Assembly (NCBI GenBank): GCA_945861645.1
Contig: CAMAVZ010000002.1
Span: forward strand, 44,787-108,786
Direction: 5' to 3'
DNA from: Opitutus sp. GAS368
GTDB taxonomy: Bacteria; Verrucomicrobiota; Verrucomicrobiia; Opitutales; Opitutaceae
Length of the DNA stretch: 64,000 nucleotides
Shown: positions 39,267 through 49,095 of the stretch, in pieces
Numbering within the stretch: position 1 is the first letter of the stretch
Layout of the letters: every line of letters begins with the position of its first letter
The notes under the pieces: generated by a model
Told to the model about the DNA's origin: nothing
Seen by the model: only the letters and a program-made list of their open reading frames with translations
Databases searched by the model: none
Made by a program: the position numbers and the translations under genes

Positions 39267-40002
39267 CTTTACGCAAAGGACTTCCGGTTGGTCGCACAAA
39301 GCCACGCTTGCCCGCGGAAAAAAAATCGAGAAAACACCGCGCCTCGGCACTCGTCACTCCCGCCGCGAGTAGCGCCGCGGCTAAGCGCCGCGGATCACCC
39401 CCCGCAAAAATTGCTCGGTAACATTCTTTAAGCTCATGGATCGCCTCGCGACTGAAACCCCGCCGCTTGAAGCCCACGACGTTAAAGCCCGGGACCTCAT
39501 CCCGCTCCGCGACCATCAAAAAAGGCGCCACATCGCGGGTCAGACGGGTCAGGCCACTCACCATGACGCCTTCGCCGATGCGGACGAATTGATGAATGCC
39601 CGCGCCGCCACCGACAAAAGTGAAACCGCCGATTTCGACGTGTCCGGCGAGCATCACATTATTGGCCAACACTACCTCATCGGCCAACACGCAATCGTGG
39701 CCGACGTGCGCACTCGCCATCAAAAAACAGCGCGCCCCAATCCGCGTCGCCTGGCCTGCATGAATCGAGCGATTAATGGTCACCTGCTCGCGCACAATCG
39801 TGCCGGCTCCGATATGCACACCAGAAATAGTGGCCGGATCAAATTTAAGAAACTGCGGATCACCGCCGATAACCGCGAAAGCATGCACCACCACGCCCGC
39901 GCCCAGGACGGTATGCTTTTTGATAATTGCATGGGCATGAACCTCGCAGCCCGCGCCCACCTGCGCGCCCGCTTCAATAATCGCTGTGGGATGAATACTC
40001 AT
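39250..40002 (-). CDS. lpxA: UDP-N-acetylglucosamine O-acyltransferase LpxA
   Basis: IHPTAII, hexapeptide repeats, HVGHDC, LAGHV and HQFVRIG motifs. Confidence 0.92.
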   Translation of the reverse strand: MSIHPTAIIEAGAQVGAGCEVHAHAIIKKHTVLGAGVVVHAFAVIGGDPQFLKFDPATISGVHIGAGTIVREQVTINRSIHAGQATRIGARCFLMASAHVGHDCVLADEVVLANNVMLAGHVEIGGFTFVGGGAGIHQFVRIGEGVMVSGLTRLTRDVAPFLMVAERDEVPGFNVVGFKRRGFSREAIHELKECYRAIFAGGDPRRLAAALLAAGVTSAEARCFLDFFSAGKRGFVRPTGSPLRKDEPAG

Positions 40003-40643
40003 AAGCGGGTAGCGTTAGCTCGTGCTGCGTTGGGACGCTCGGCGATCAGATCAAGCTGCGCATCTTTCAGCAGGTCATAATTTTTTAAAATCCGGATAAC
40101 CTGCAGCGTGTCGGATTTTCCGTAGCTTTTGTTAATCTCCACCCGCTCGATGATATCGAGTAACATGGAGCGAAATGAAATGATGCCGTCAATGCCGTGT
40201 GCCTTCAGCATGGCCACGCTCTGGGAGCGAAAGGGTTCGGCCGTCGGGAGACTCGGTAGTACGAGAATTTTTGTCACATCGGGCGCATTGCCGGGCTCCT
40301 CTTCATCCACGGGGAAAAATCGCGTGACCTCCTTGAGTACATTCTCCTCCAGAAAGCGGAAAATCTCTGGGCTACTTTTCAACATATTAGGCGTGAATTT
40401 CCCCGTGTGCCAGCCCTTGACCACCACGATGGCTCGATGCACGAAGGCGAGTTCATTGGCGAAAAGAAAGAAATCCGGTTTCCGGGCATTGCGCGCGGAA
40501 TAGGCCGGATTATAAACCACCAAATCAACCTCCTCATCGCCCGTTTTGCGCCGCGCCTGGACCTGATACTTGCGCACTTGGCGGACCAAAAATCCACTTT
40601 GCTCGAAATATTCGCGGACAATGCCTTCATCGATAGCTGACAT
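39999..40643 (-). CDS. Hypothetical protein with PD-(D/E)XK restriction-endonuclease-like N-terminus
   Basis: EGIVREYFEQSGFLV...EVDLVV...VVVKGW; ATGA overlap with lpxA. Confidence 0.65.
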   Translation of the reverse strand: MSAIDEGIVREYFEQSGFLVRQVRKYQVQARRKTGDEEVDLVVYNPAYSARNARKPDFFLFANELAFVHRAIVVVKGWHTGKFTPNMLKSSPEIFRFLEENVLKEVTRFFPVDEEEPGNAPDVTKILVLPSLPTAEPFRSQSVAMLKAHGIDGIISFRSMLLDIIERVEINKSYGKSDTLQVIRILKNYDLLKDAQLDLIAERPNAARANATRL

Positions 40644-40688
40644 AAGATCAGCAACTTAGTCAGTTGCGCGGGGATAGCACACCAATTT

Positions 40689-41774
40689 TTAAATTGCCCC
40701 CAACTCATGCCAAATGGAGGCGACGAGTTCAGGCGCAATCCCTGAGCGTGTCGCCGCGGCCCCAATGGCCGGGAGAACAATAAAGCGCAGACCATCGGCC
40801 CGATTTTTCTTATCGCGCGACATCGCATCTTGCAGCGCGGTGATGGCCAACGGGGCGCGCAATCTGATCGGCAGCTGATGCGCCAAAAGTACGCGTTCTA
40901 CCCGCGCAATATCAGCTAATGGTCGCAGTCCTAGGCGATGAGATAGCCGCACTGCACCCACCAGACCAACCGCCACCGCTTCCCCGTGTAAGTAAGTGCC
41001 ATAACCGGTCACCTGCTCAATCGCATGACCAAAAGTATGTCCAAGATTGAGCAAAGCGCGCCCACCCTCCGCCGCCATCTCCCGCTCATCCGCACGCACG
41101 ATGGCTGCCTTAATTTCACAGCACCGCCGGATAATGGCCGGCAAAGCTGGGCTACCAATCTGCATGGGCGCTTCCTCTAATTGGGCAAATAGAGCCGCGT
41201 CACCCAGTAATCCGTATTTAATTACTTCGGCGGCCCCAGCCGCGAATTCGCGCGGCGGCAGCGTCGCCAGAAAATGGGTCCCGACATAAACGGCCCGCGG
41301 ATGATGAAAGGCGCCGACCAGATTTTTTCCGGCGGCAAGATTTAAGCCCGTCTTACCGCCGACTGCGCTGTCCACCATGGCGAGCAAGGTGGTCGGCACC
41401 TGCAGATACTCGATGCCTCGCAAATAACTCGCGGCCGCAAATCCGCCCAAATCGCCCGTCACGCCGCCGCCCACGATCCAGAGCAAACCGTGGCGCGTAA
41501 TGCGGTGCTGTGCTAAAAATTCCAAAACCTGCCCAAAAACCTCCAGCGATTTTGAAGCCTCGCCCATCCCCACCACGAGTCGCGGGATATCCGCAAAGGC
41601 GGCGGTCAGAAATTCCTGCTGCGCTGCCGCCACGCCGCGATCGGTGAGCAAAACTGAGGGGCGGCCAGCTGCCGCGAAGCCCCGGATGGCTAAGCAGATA
41701 TCAGTTGCACCTGTTGCCAGAAAATGAATCGGGTAATTTTTTGCCCCGATTTCAACTGTGAGCGCCTGCAGCAT
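40689..41774 (-). CDS. aroB: 3-dehydroquinate synthase
   Basis: GGGVTGDLGGF, PTTLLAMVD and LNLGHTFGHAIE motifs. Start at ATG 41774. Confidence 0.95.
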   Translation of the reverse strand: MLQALTVEIGAKNYPIHFLATGATDICLAIRGFAAAGRPSVLLTDRGVAAAQQEFLTAAFADIPRLVVGMGEASKSLEVFGQVLEFLAQHRITRHGLLWIVGGGVTGDLGGFAAASYLRGIEYLQVPTTLLAMVDSAVGGKTGLNLAAGKNLVGAFHHPRAVYVGTHFLATLPPREFAAGAAEVIKYGLLGDAALFAQLEEAPMQIGSPALPAIIRRCCEIKAAIVRADEREMAAEGGRALLNLGHTFGHAIEQVTGYGTYLHGEAVAVGLVGAVRLSHRLGLRPLADIARVERVLLAHQLPIRLRAPLAITALQDAMSRDKKNRADGLRFIVLPAIGAAATRSGIAPELVASIWHELGAI

Positions 41775-41830
41775 AGGCTCGTTTAAAGGCAGTGACTTGC
41801 ATGGGTCAACGCCCGTTATATTAACCCTTA

Positions 41831-41876
41831 AGAGACTGATTCTCATAATATTAATTGACATGATTATGAGTCTCAA
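41831..41876. promoter_or_regulatory. Pair of Fur-box-like sites upstream of a TonB-dependent receptor
   Basis: AGAGACTGATTCTCAT and ATGATTATGAGTCTCAA form an imperfect inverted pair flanking TTGACA. Confidence 0.55.
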
Positions 41877-41939
41877 CTTCAAATAAAACGCCGCTGGCTT
41901 AATTCCCTATTTTATCGTTCCTCCACGCTATTTTGCTAA

Positions 41940-44141
41940 ATGCATCACTCTACTAATCCCGCTATTGATCAGTTACCGTCTGACCCGCAGCAATTAATAA
42001 AACTAAGCCCCCTATTATCACAAATGGTAGCTGTTGCTCTATGGCTTCCGACCATACTGCAAGGCCAAGTGAGCCCGACCGATTCGCCGGATAAGGTTCT
42101 TGTTTTGCCTACCTATCGCGTGGAAGCAGAAGCAGAAACAGATCACACTATTCAGGGCCCATTTTTACCGGCCACTCAGGGAGTTAAAATCAACGCGGGC
42201 AAAAAGACCACGGTCATCGACTTTGATGGTTTGCCCCGAATCTCCGGCAATAATTATCGTCAAGCCCTTGCCCAGGCCCCGGGGTTAATTCTCAGCGAAG
42301 AGACGTCGCCTCTAATTAGCATCGGCTACCGTGGCCTCGCCCCGCACCGAGTTCAATTCACCCAAGTGCTGAAGGACGGAATCCCCATCCACGCCGATCA
42401 ATTTGGCTATCCCGAAGCTTACTACACCCCACCGCTTGATACGGTCGATCGCATTGAATTCACCCGCGGTGGGGCCGCGCTGATGTACGGTCCACAACCT
42501 GGTGGGGCGCTAAACTACGTCACCCACCGCCCGCGGCGGGACACTCGGCTCGGAGCCAGCACCCTACAGACCTTCGGTAGCCAAGATTACTACTCCACCT
42601 TTAACTACCTTGATGGTACGACGGGAAAACTAGGTTATTACGGTTATTATAACCATCGAGAGTCTGCCGGGATTCGCTTAGCCAACAGCGATTATACCTT
42701 AGACGCCTACAGCGCTCAAGGCGTAATCGGGGCGGACACTCGCTCACGTCTCATTTTCGCCACAGAATCTTATACGGAAGAACACGGCGAACCAGGAGGA
42801 CTTACTTTTGCGACTGGCCCCGGTACGGTTAATTATTCTAGCGCAAGAAAAACTCCCTCACGACTGCATGATCGCCTCACCCTGCATCGCCGGGCCCACT
42901 CGATTGTGTGGGAACGCGACTTCGCCTGCGGTACGTGGGTTAGTCGAATTTGGCAAATTGACTATAATCGCACCAGCCGTCGACAAGGTGGCGGTGGCTT
43001 CGGGATGATGCCCACGGGCTCCGCCGCGCTCACCAACACCATTGAGGCTCAACCATTCACCCAGCTCGGCGCTGAAGCCCGAGGACGCCTTGATTGGGGC
43101 GGTGGCCGTGGACACGTCCTGACCGGCGGGGCCCAACTTTACTCTAGCCAATCGACCCGCACCGACTCGCGGGGGGCCACGGCCGATGCCACCAGCGGAT
43201 CGGTACGCCTACAATCTGAGCGGAAAATATTATCCACCCCGGTTTTCGCCGAAAACCTATTTCGCTTTGGGGCGTTCAGCCTCACCCCAGGTGCACGGGT
43301 TGAATTCGTCGACCAAAGTGTGCGTGAAATCATTAACGTTAACCGCGCGACAACGGCCCTTCAGCAACGCGCTGAACGCGTCGCGATTCCCTTGTTTGGC
43401 ATCGGCGGCGCTTACAATTCGTCCGCTAAAGCCGAGTGGTACGCCAACGCATCCCAAAGCTACCGCCCGATGATTTTTACTGAAGCCGTACCCAATGGAG
43501 CCACGACCGTAGTTAATGCCGATCTAGAATCAGGCCGCGCCGTGCAATACGAATTAGGCTACCGCGCCCAGCCCCGACTGGGCCTCGTGCTTGATGCCAG
43601 TATTTTTTATCTTAAATTTTATAACCAAATTGGTACGACCACCCTCCCCAGCGGACTGAGCTCCGTCATTAATGCGGGTCGCGCGGTGCACCAAGGGACG
43701 GAGTTGGCTATCAGCTATGATTTATTCGCGCAACGCGACAAAGGGAAACAAGCCACCGCTCTCAGCCTTTATGCGAACGCGCTATTGCTCGATGCTAATT
43801 TTAAGGAAGGTCCGACTGCCGGCAAGACTCCGCAGTACGCGCCGAGCCACACGGTGCGGCTTGGCTTAGTCTACGCGGAGACCGATGCCCTCAAGTTAGC
43901 GCTGACCGGAACCCTAGCAGCCGATGCCTATGCCGATGATAGTAATACCGCCCAGCGTTACGTGCCCGCCTATGCCGTCTGGGATTTCACCGCTGAGTGG
44001 CGCATTCCTTACGCCCCGCTTCGCCTGATTGCTGGGATCAACAATCTCCTGGATGAAGATTATTACTGTCGCATCCGTCCCGATGGAATTGATCCCGCCC
44101 CGCGGCGTAATTTTTACCTTGGAGCGGAATGGGAATTTTGA
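41940..44141 (+). CDS. TonB-dependent receptor (FecA-like)
   Basis: Plug segment DRIEFTRGGAALMYGPQPGGALN, INNLLDEDY and terminal Phe. Start uncertain (41940 or 42024). Confidence 0.9.
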   Translation: MHHSTNPAIDQLPSDPQQLIKLSPLLSQMVAVALWLPTILQGQVSPTDSPDKVLVLPTYRVEAEAETDHTIQGPFLPATQGVKINAGKKTTVIDFDGLPRISGNNYRQALAQAPGLILSEETSPLISIGYRGLAPHRVQFTQVLKDGIPIHADQFGYPEAYYTPPLDTVDRIEFTRGGAALMYGPQPGGALNYVTHRPRRDTRLGASTLQTFGSQDYYSTFNYLDGTTGKLGYYGYYNHRESAGIRLANSDYTLDAYSAQGVIGADTRSRLIFATESYTEEHGEPGGLTFATGPGTVNYSSARKTPSRLHDRLTLHRRAHSIVWERDFACGTWVSRIWQIDYNRTSRRQGGGGFGMMPTGSAALTNTIEAQPFTQLGAEARGRLDWGGGRGHVLTGGAQLYSSQSTRTDSRGATADATSGSVRLQSERKILSTPVFAENLFRFGAFSLTPGARVEFVDQSVREIINVNRATTALQQRAERVAIPLFGIGGAYNSSAKAEWYANASQSYRPMIFTEAVPNGATTVVNADLESGRAVQYELGYRAQPRLGLVLDASIFYLKFYNQIGTTTLPSGLSSVINAGRAVHQGTELAISYDLFAQRDKGKQATALSLYANALLLDANFKEGPTAGKTPQYAPSHTVRLGLVYAETDALKLALTGTLAADAYADDSNTAQRYVPAYAVWDFTAEWRIPYAPLRLIAGINNLLDEDYYCRIRPDGIDPAPRRNFYLGAEWEF

Positions 44142-44233
44142 ATGGAGGCGGTGAATGCGGCAGACCGACCCCAAGCAATTCGGACGATTCCTGCGCTTGC
44201 GCTCTCGGCCATTCCTAGCCGAAATATCCGGCC

Positions 44234-45748
44234 ATGTCTTCCTCTCCTACCCCTCACGCTGAACCATCGGTTCCCTCCGTCATGGACACCGGCGGTCTCG
44301 GCGGTCACCCCCGCGGCCTCACCACCCTCTTCTTCACCGAAATGTGGGAACGATTTTCCTACTACGGCATGCGGGCCTTGCTCATTCTTTTTATGGTGAA
44401 GACGGCGGCCGACGGCGGCCTCGGCTACGATACCAAAAAAGCGGCGGCAATTTATGGCACCTACACGATGAGCGTTTATCTGCTCTCAATCTTAGGCGGC
44501 TTTATCGCCGATAATTTTATCGGTGCGCGGCGCTCAGTCTTAATCGGCGGTATCATTATTGCCTGCGGTCATTTCGCCATGGCCTTCAGCGCGCAAAGTA
44601 CTTTTTTCGCTGGCCTCGTTCTCATTGCTCTCGGCACCGGTCTCCTGAAACCCAACATCTCGACGATGGTGGGCAGCCTTTATAGCCCGACGGATGAGCG
44701 CCGCGACGCCGGCTTCTCCATTTTCTATATGGGTATCAATATTGGGGCCTTTCTCGCTCCACTCGTCACGGGTTACCTCGCCCAGAGCGCCAGCTGGAAA
44801 GCGCAACTGAGTAGCTGGGGCCTTGATCCTGTCCATAGTTGGCACTGGGGCTTCGCCGCCGCCGGCGTCGGTATGACCTTCGGTTTGGTGGTGTATGTGC
44901 TCCAGCGCGAGCGGCTCGCCCAGGTCGGGCACGCGCCGGTGGCCGAAAACAATCATGGCCGCCCCTGGGGCAAACTGGCGCTCGTCGCCCTTGGTTCACT
45001 GGCGCTCATCGCCGCCATGAAAGCGAGTGATCAATATCCCGCGCTCGTTTATGTTCTCTTCGCCCTGCAAATCGCCGCAATTTTATTTTTTGCCTTCAAG
45101 CCAACGGCCGACAGCAAACGTATCGCCGCTATTCTGGTTTTCTTTTTCGCCGCCGAAATTTTTTGGGCCATCTTCGAACAGACGGGTTCGACCATCTCTC
45201 TGTTTGCCGATAATTTAACGCGGAACGAAATCCTCGGCCAATCGTTCCCCTCCTCGTGGTGGCAATCAGTTAACTCCATTTGGGTAATCTTACTCGCACC
45301 AGTCTTTGCCTTTCTCTGGATCTCCCTCGGATCGAAACAACCTTCCAGCCCGATGAAATTCGTCCTCGGGCTGTTGTTCGTGGCCCTCTCCTTTGTCCTG
45401 ATGGTGCCGGCGGCTAAACTCACCGCCGAAGGAAAAGTTGGGCCGCTTTGGCTCGTCGGTCTTTTTTTCCTGCAAACGGTCGGCGAGATGCTGCTTAGCC
45501 CGGTGGGTCTATCCACCATGACCAAACTCGCGCCGCAGCGTCTGCTCGGCATGGTGATGGGCATTTGGTTTCTCGCCGCCGCGTTGGGCAATAAACTCGC
45601 CGGGGTACTGGCGGGGGAATTCAAAAGCGACAACGCCGACCAGCTCGCGACTTTTTTCTGGCACCAAGCGCTCGCCGTGGGCGCCTGCACCTTGGTTCTC
45701 TTCGCCTTAGTCCCTTGGGTTAAAAAGCTCATGGGCGGCGTGCGCTGA
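44234..45748 (+). CDS. POT/PTR family peptide:H+ symporter
   Basis: EMWERFSYYG, GLLKPN, FYMGINIG and EMLLSPVG motifs. Confidence 0.93.
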   Translation: MSSSPTPHAEPSVPSVMDTGGLGGHPRGLTTLFFTEMWERFSYYGMRALLILFMVKTAADGGLGYDTKKAAAIYGTYTMSVYLLSILGGFIADNFIGARRSVLIGGIIIACGHFAMAFSAQSTFFAGLVLIALGTGLLKPNISTMVGSLYSPTDERRDAGFSIFYMGINIGAFLAPLVTGYLAQSASWKAQLSSWGLDPVHSWHWGFAAAGVGMTFGLVVYVLQRERLAQVGHAPVAENNHGRPWGKLALVALGSLALIAAMKASDQYPALVYVLFALQIAAILFFAFKPTADSKRIAAILVFFFAAEIFWAIFEQTGSTISLFADNLTRNEILGQSFPSSWWQSVNSIWVILLAPVFAFLWISLGSKQPSSPMKFVLGLLFVALSFVLMVPAAKLTAEGKVGPLWLVGLFFLQTVGEMLLSPVGLSTMTKLAPQRLLGMVMGIWFLAAALGNKLAGVLAGEFKSDNADQLATFFWHQALAVGACTLVLFALVPWVKKLMGGVR

Positions 45749-45762
45749 ACAAACCTCGATCC

Positions 45763-45800
45763 AATAAAAAAGGCGCAGGATTTACTGCGCCTTTTTTATT
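45763..45800. terminator. Bidirectional Rho-independent terminator
   Basis: AATAAAAAAGGCGCAG-GATTTA-CTGCGCCTTTTTTATT, perfect 16-bp arms. Confidence 0.88.
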
Positions 45801-46116
45801 TACTAGCCGGCCACCTGCAAAAGTATCGGGGTTCGCGTGCACACAACGGGCCAGTCAAGTACCCGCGAACCCCTTTGAGCAGCTTTCTCCTTTGTTGCCA
45901 AAGTCGATCACTGCACTGCTATAAAACCATATTTTGAGTTTATAACGGACGCGCTAAATCGCCTTATTTTAGGTGCAACAAGAACCTGCATAATTTGTGC
46001 GTGCCCCGGCCACCGCTGGAGCTCAACAAGACCGCCGCCTCTTTTTTATCAAAGCGACTGGACCCGGGTGCGCGCGCTTGACGAATAGAGTAAGATACGA
46101 AAAGACCTTTTCCGCC

Positions 46117-46440
46117 ATGTCCGCCTCCGCCGCTCAGTCCCACCCGCTCCCCATGCCAGCCTTCCGCTGGCTCGCGGCGTTCTGCGCTTTAGCGATTTGG
46201 CTGCTCGGTCTGCTTAATGTCAGTCCGCAACTGCACGCGCCATTTCACCACGACGGCGATGAAGCCAATCACACGTGCGCGATCACCCTGTTTAGCCATG
46301 GCGTGGAAACGACCGCCGTTCAGGTCGACTTAATTTTTACGCCCCAGCTAATTTTCACGGGTCTAGCGCGCAGCCCGCTGGCTCTCTTGAGGGTGACCGC
46401 TGATCGCTTGCCCCCGACCTGCGGTCCGCCTCTCTGCTAA
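46117..46440 (+). CDS. DUF2946-like small exported His/Cys protein (upstream ORF of a TonB-dependent receptor)
   Basis: Hydrophobic N-terminus, LHAPFHHDGDEANHTCAITLF and C-terminal LPPTCGPPLC. Confidence 0.7.
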   Translation: MSASAAQSHPLPMPAFRWLAAFCALAIWLLGLLNVSPQLHAPFHHDGDEANHTCAITLFSHGVETTAVQVDLIFTPQLIFTGLARSPLALLRVTADRLPPTCGPPLC

Positions 46441-46540
46441 GTTAAGTTCGTCCCGCGGCGCCGTCATTGCGGCCGCGTTAAAGCCTGTCCAGCCATTCGG
46501 CCGACGGGCGGTCTTGCCTTCACGAATTCTGACTTTGCCG

Positions 46541-48625
46541 ATGAAACCTTTCTATTTCTGCACCTTATTTTCTATTCTAGCTGGTTTGGCTTCCGCCCAA
46601 ATCGCCCCCAGCCAATCCGCTGATAAACCCGATCATCCCATCAACCTTGAAGTGATGGTCGTGAGCGTTGGCCCCGATCCTAAATCTGCTTTCGACCTCG
46701 CCCAAGGGACTTCTGTCCTCATGAGCGATCAACTCCGCCGAAATATTGCGGCCACTTTAGGTGACACGCTCATCGACACGCCCGGGGTGAATGCCACCTA
46801 TTATGGTCCGGGCGCTAGCCGCCCGATTATCCGCGGGCTCGGCGGCGATCGCGTGCGCATGCTCGACAACGGCGTCGGCTCACTCGACGCCTCCAGCGTT
46901 AGCCCTGACCATAATGTGAGCGTCGAACCACTGTTGGTCGATCGCATCGAAGTATTACGCGGTCCGGCTACCCTTCTCTACGGCAGCTCAGCCGTGGGTG
47001 GCGTCGTCAATGTGATCGATAATCGCATCCCAACCGCCGCGACGAGTGAGTCCCGCCGCCGCCGCGCAGAATTTCGCTACGACTCGGCCGCCAACGAACG
47101 CACCGGCGTGATCGCGCTCGGGGCCGGTAACCAAACCTACGCGCTGCAAGTCAATGGACTGCGCTCTGAGTCTGATGATGTCAGCATCCCCGGCTATGCC
47201 GATCGGGCTCATCCCGCCGATCGAGGCACCTTGGTCAACAGCGCCCGCTCCGCCCAAAGCGTCTCCGTCGGAGGCACCCGCTTTGGCGCTAACAGCAGTC
47301 TCGGTCTGGCCGTGAGTGAATACGCCACCATCTACGGGGTGCCGGTGGGTGAGCCGATTCTAATCGATATGAAACAGCAGCGGGTCGATCTGCGGGCTGA
47401 ACACCATCGGCTCGGGGGCCTCTTCAAGTCCGCTAAATTTCGCTTTGGTCTAGCCAATTATACCCATGCCGAAATCGATGCTTCCACGGGGGAGCCTAAT
47501 ACTACCTTCAAAAATAAAGCCTACGAAGGCCGGCTTGAATTTGCGCAACAAGATCGCGGCAACCTCACCGGCACAGTAGGGCTCCAAACTTCCCGCGGTG
47601 ATTTCTCTGCCGTGGGGGCGGAGGTCGTCACCCCGCCAACCTTATCCTATCATCACGCGCTTTTCTTGCTAGAATCCTACCAACTCCACCCGCAACTCTC
47701 GCTGCAATTTGGCGGACGCTATGAGAGGCAAAGCATCACGCTGGGGACCGTTAATAAATTTTTACCTGCTTACCGTGGCTATGCCGCTACCACCGGCGAA
47801 AAACGCTCTGAGCAGGGCGTGAGCCTGTCGGCGGGCGCGGTTTATTATCCGGCCAAAGATTATTCCTTGGGCTTCTCCCTCGCCTTCTCTGAACGCCTGC
47901 CGATGGCTCAGGAGATAGCCTCGAACGGTCCGCATGGCGGCACGGGAGCCTATGAAATCGGTTCGACTGGCCTCGGTAAGGAAAAATCGCTCGGCCTCGA
48001 CCTCACGCTGCGTAAGCGCGCGGGCTTTGCCACTGGCTCCATCGGCGCCTTTGTTAACCAATTCAAGAATTATATCTTCGAGCAAAAAGACCCCACCAGC
48101 TACTTCGATGAAGCGACCGGGAACTTATTGCGCTATCCCGTTCCACCTAACAAAGGATTTCTGCCGATCTATCAATTCATCGCTCGGGATGCGCTTTTCT
48201 ACGGCGGTGAGGCCGAGGTCTCGCTGCATCTTCATGATGCGCAGGAGCAGCACCTGCATCTGGATCTCAGTGCAGATTATGTTCGCGCACAGCAAACCAC
48301 CGATGACGAGCCGCTCCCGCGGATCCCCCCGTTTCGCCTTAGGGCCACGCTGCGCTACACCAGCGGGCCGTGGAACCTCGGGGCCAGCCTGCGCCACTCG
48401 TTCCAGCAAGAGCGGGTCTCACCGGATGAAAGCACCACCGACGGCTATACTTTGGTCAGCGTCGATGCCAGCTACCGCTTTACCCAAGCGCATACCGAGT
48501 GGGAATTTTTCGCCCGCGGTTCTAATCTAACCAATCAAGATGCCCGCATCAGCACCTCCTTTCTTAAAGACATCGCCCCGCTGCCGGGCCGTGGCATGGC
48601 AGTTGGCGGGCGCTTGAATTTCTAA
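46541..48625 (+). CDS. TonB-dependent receptor (ZnuD-like)
   Basis: GPGASRPIIRG, DASSVSPDH, GPHGGT and TSFLKDIAPLPGR motifs; terminal Phe. Confidence 0.9.
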   Translation: MKPFYFCTLFSILAGLASAQIAPSQSADKPDHPINLEVMVVSVGPDPKSAFDLAQGTSVLMSDQLRRNIAATLGDTLIDTPGVNATYYGPGASRPIIRGLGGDRVRMLDNGVGSLDASSVSPDHNVSVEPLLVDRIEVLRGPATLLYGSSAVGGVVNVIDNRIPTAATSESRRRRAEFRYDSAANERTGVIALGAGNQTYALQVNGLRSESDDVSIPGYADRAHPADRGTLVNSARSAQSVSVGGTRFGANSSLGLAVSEYATIYGVPVGEPILIDMKQQRVDLRAEHHRLGGLFKSAKFRFGLANYTHAEIDASTGEPNTTFKNKAYEGRLEFAQQDRGNLTGTVGLQTSRGDFSAVGAEVVTPPTLSYHHALFLLESYQLHPQLSLQFGGRYERQSITLGTVNKFLPAYRGYAATTGEKRSEQGVSLSAGAVYYPAKDYSLGFSLAFSERLPMAQEIASNGPHGGTGAYEIGSTGLGKEKSLGLDLTLRKRAGFATGSIGAFVNQFKNYIFEQKDPTSYFDEATGNLLRYPVPPNKGFLPIYQFIARDALFYGGEAEVSLHLHDAQEQHLHLDLSADYVRAQQTTDDEPLPRIPPFRLRATLRYTSGPWNLGASLRHSFQQERVSPDESTTDGYTLVSVDASYRFTQAHTEWEFFARGSNLTNQDARISTSFLKDIAPLPGRGMAVGGRLNF

Positions 48626-48654
48626 TCATGAGCCTCCCAGCACCTGCAAACCGA

Positions 48655-49095
48655 CTAAGTATCACCGAGCAAAGGCGACTGCTCCAGCACGACACCTGCA
48701 ATCCGCCAATCGCCGTCTTCCTGAACGAGTGCGTAACGATAAGTGGTCCGCCGTTGCCGTTGATCAAGTACCGTGACGGTTACTTGGGTTAAGCCTGCAC
48801 CGGTATCGCGGACCACCCCAATTTCTACCGATTGGTGCTGCAACAGCGGAGCATACCCGCGTTCCATCAGAGCAGCGAATAACGGCCGATCGAATTGCGC
48901 CTTAATTCCTCGCGCCGCGTAAGTATAAGCCGCGTCAAAATCACGAGCCTGCAAGGCCTTTAATTGAGCCGCCACCACTGCTTTCACATCCGTGCGCACG
49001 GCACCTGAACTTAGCCGCATCGCCGGTGCCACGACGGGTTGGCCGATCGCAAAACTTAATAACAGGCAGAAACCTAGTGCGCTGCGCAAGTTCAT
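48655..49095 (-). CDS. DUF4864-like exported protein
   Basis: QLKALQARDFDAAYTYAA...F...GYAPL...DGDWRIAGV. Confidence 0.75.
   Translation of the reverse strand: MNLRSALGFCLLLSFAIGQPVVAPAMRLSSGAVRTDVKAVVAAQLKALQARDFDAAYTYAARGIKAQFDRPLFAALMERGYAPLLQHQSVEIGVVRDTGAGLTQVTVTVLDQRQRRTTYRYALVQEDGDWRIAGVVLEQSPLLGDT

Noticed and set aside
45801-46116. Cobalamin or other riboswitch, or a Zur box, ahead of the receptor locus
   Set aside because: No B12-box or other conserved riboswitch motif is recognisable, and TGCAACAAGAACCTGCA is too imperfect to call an operator.
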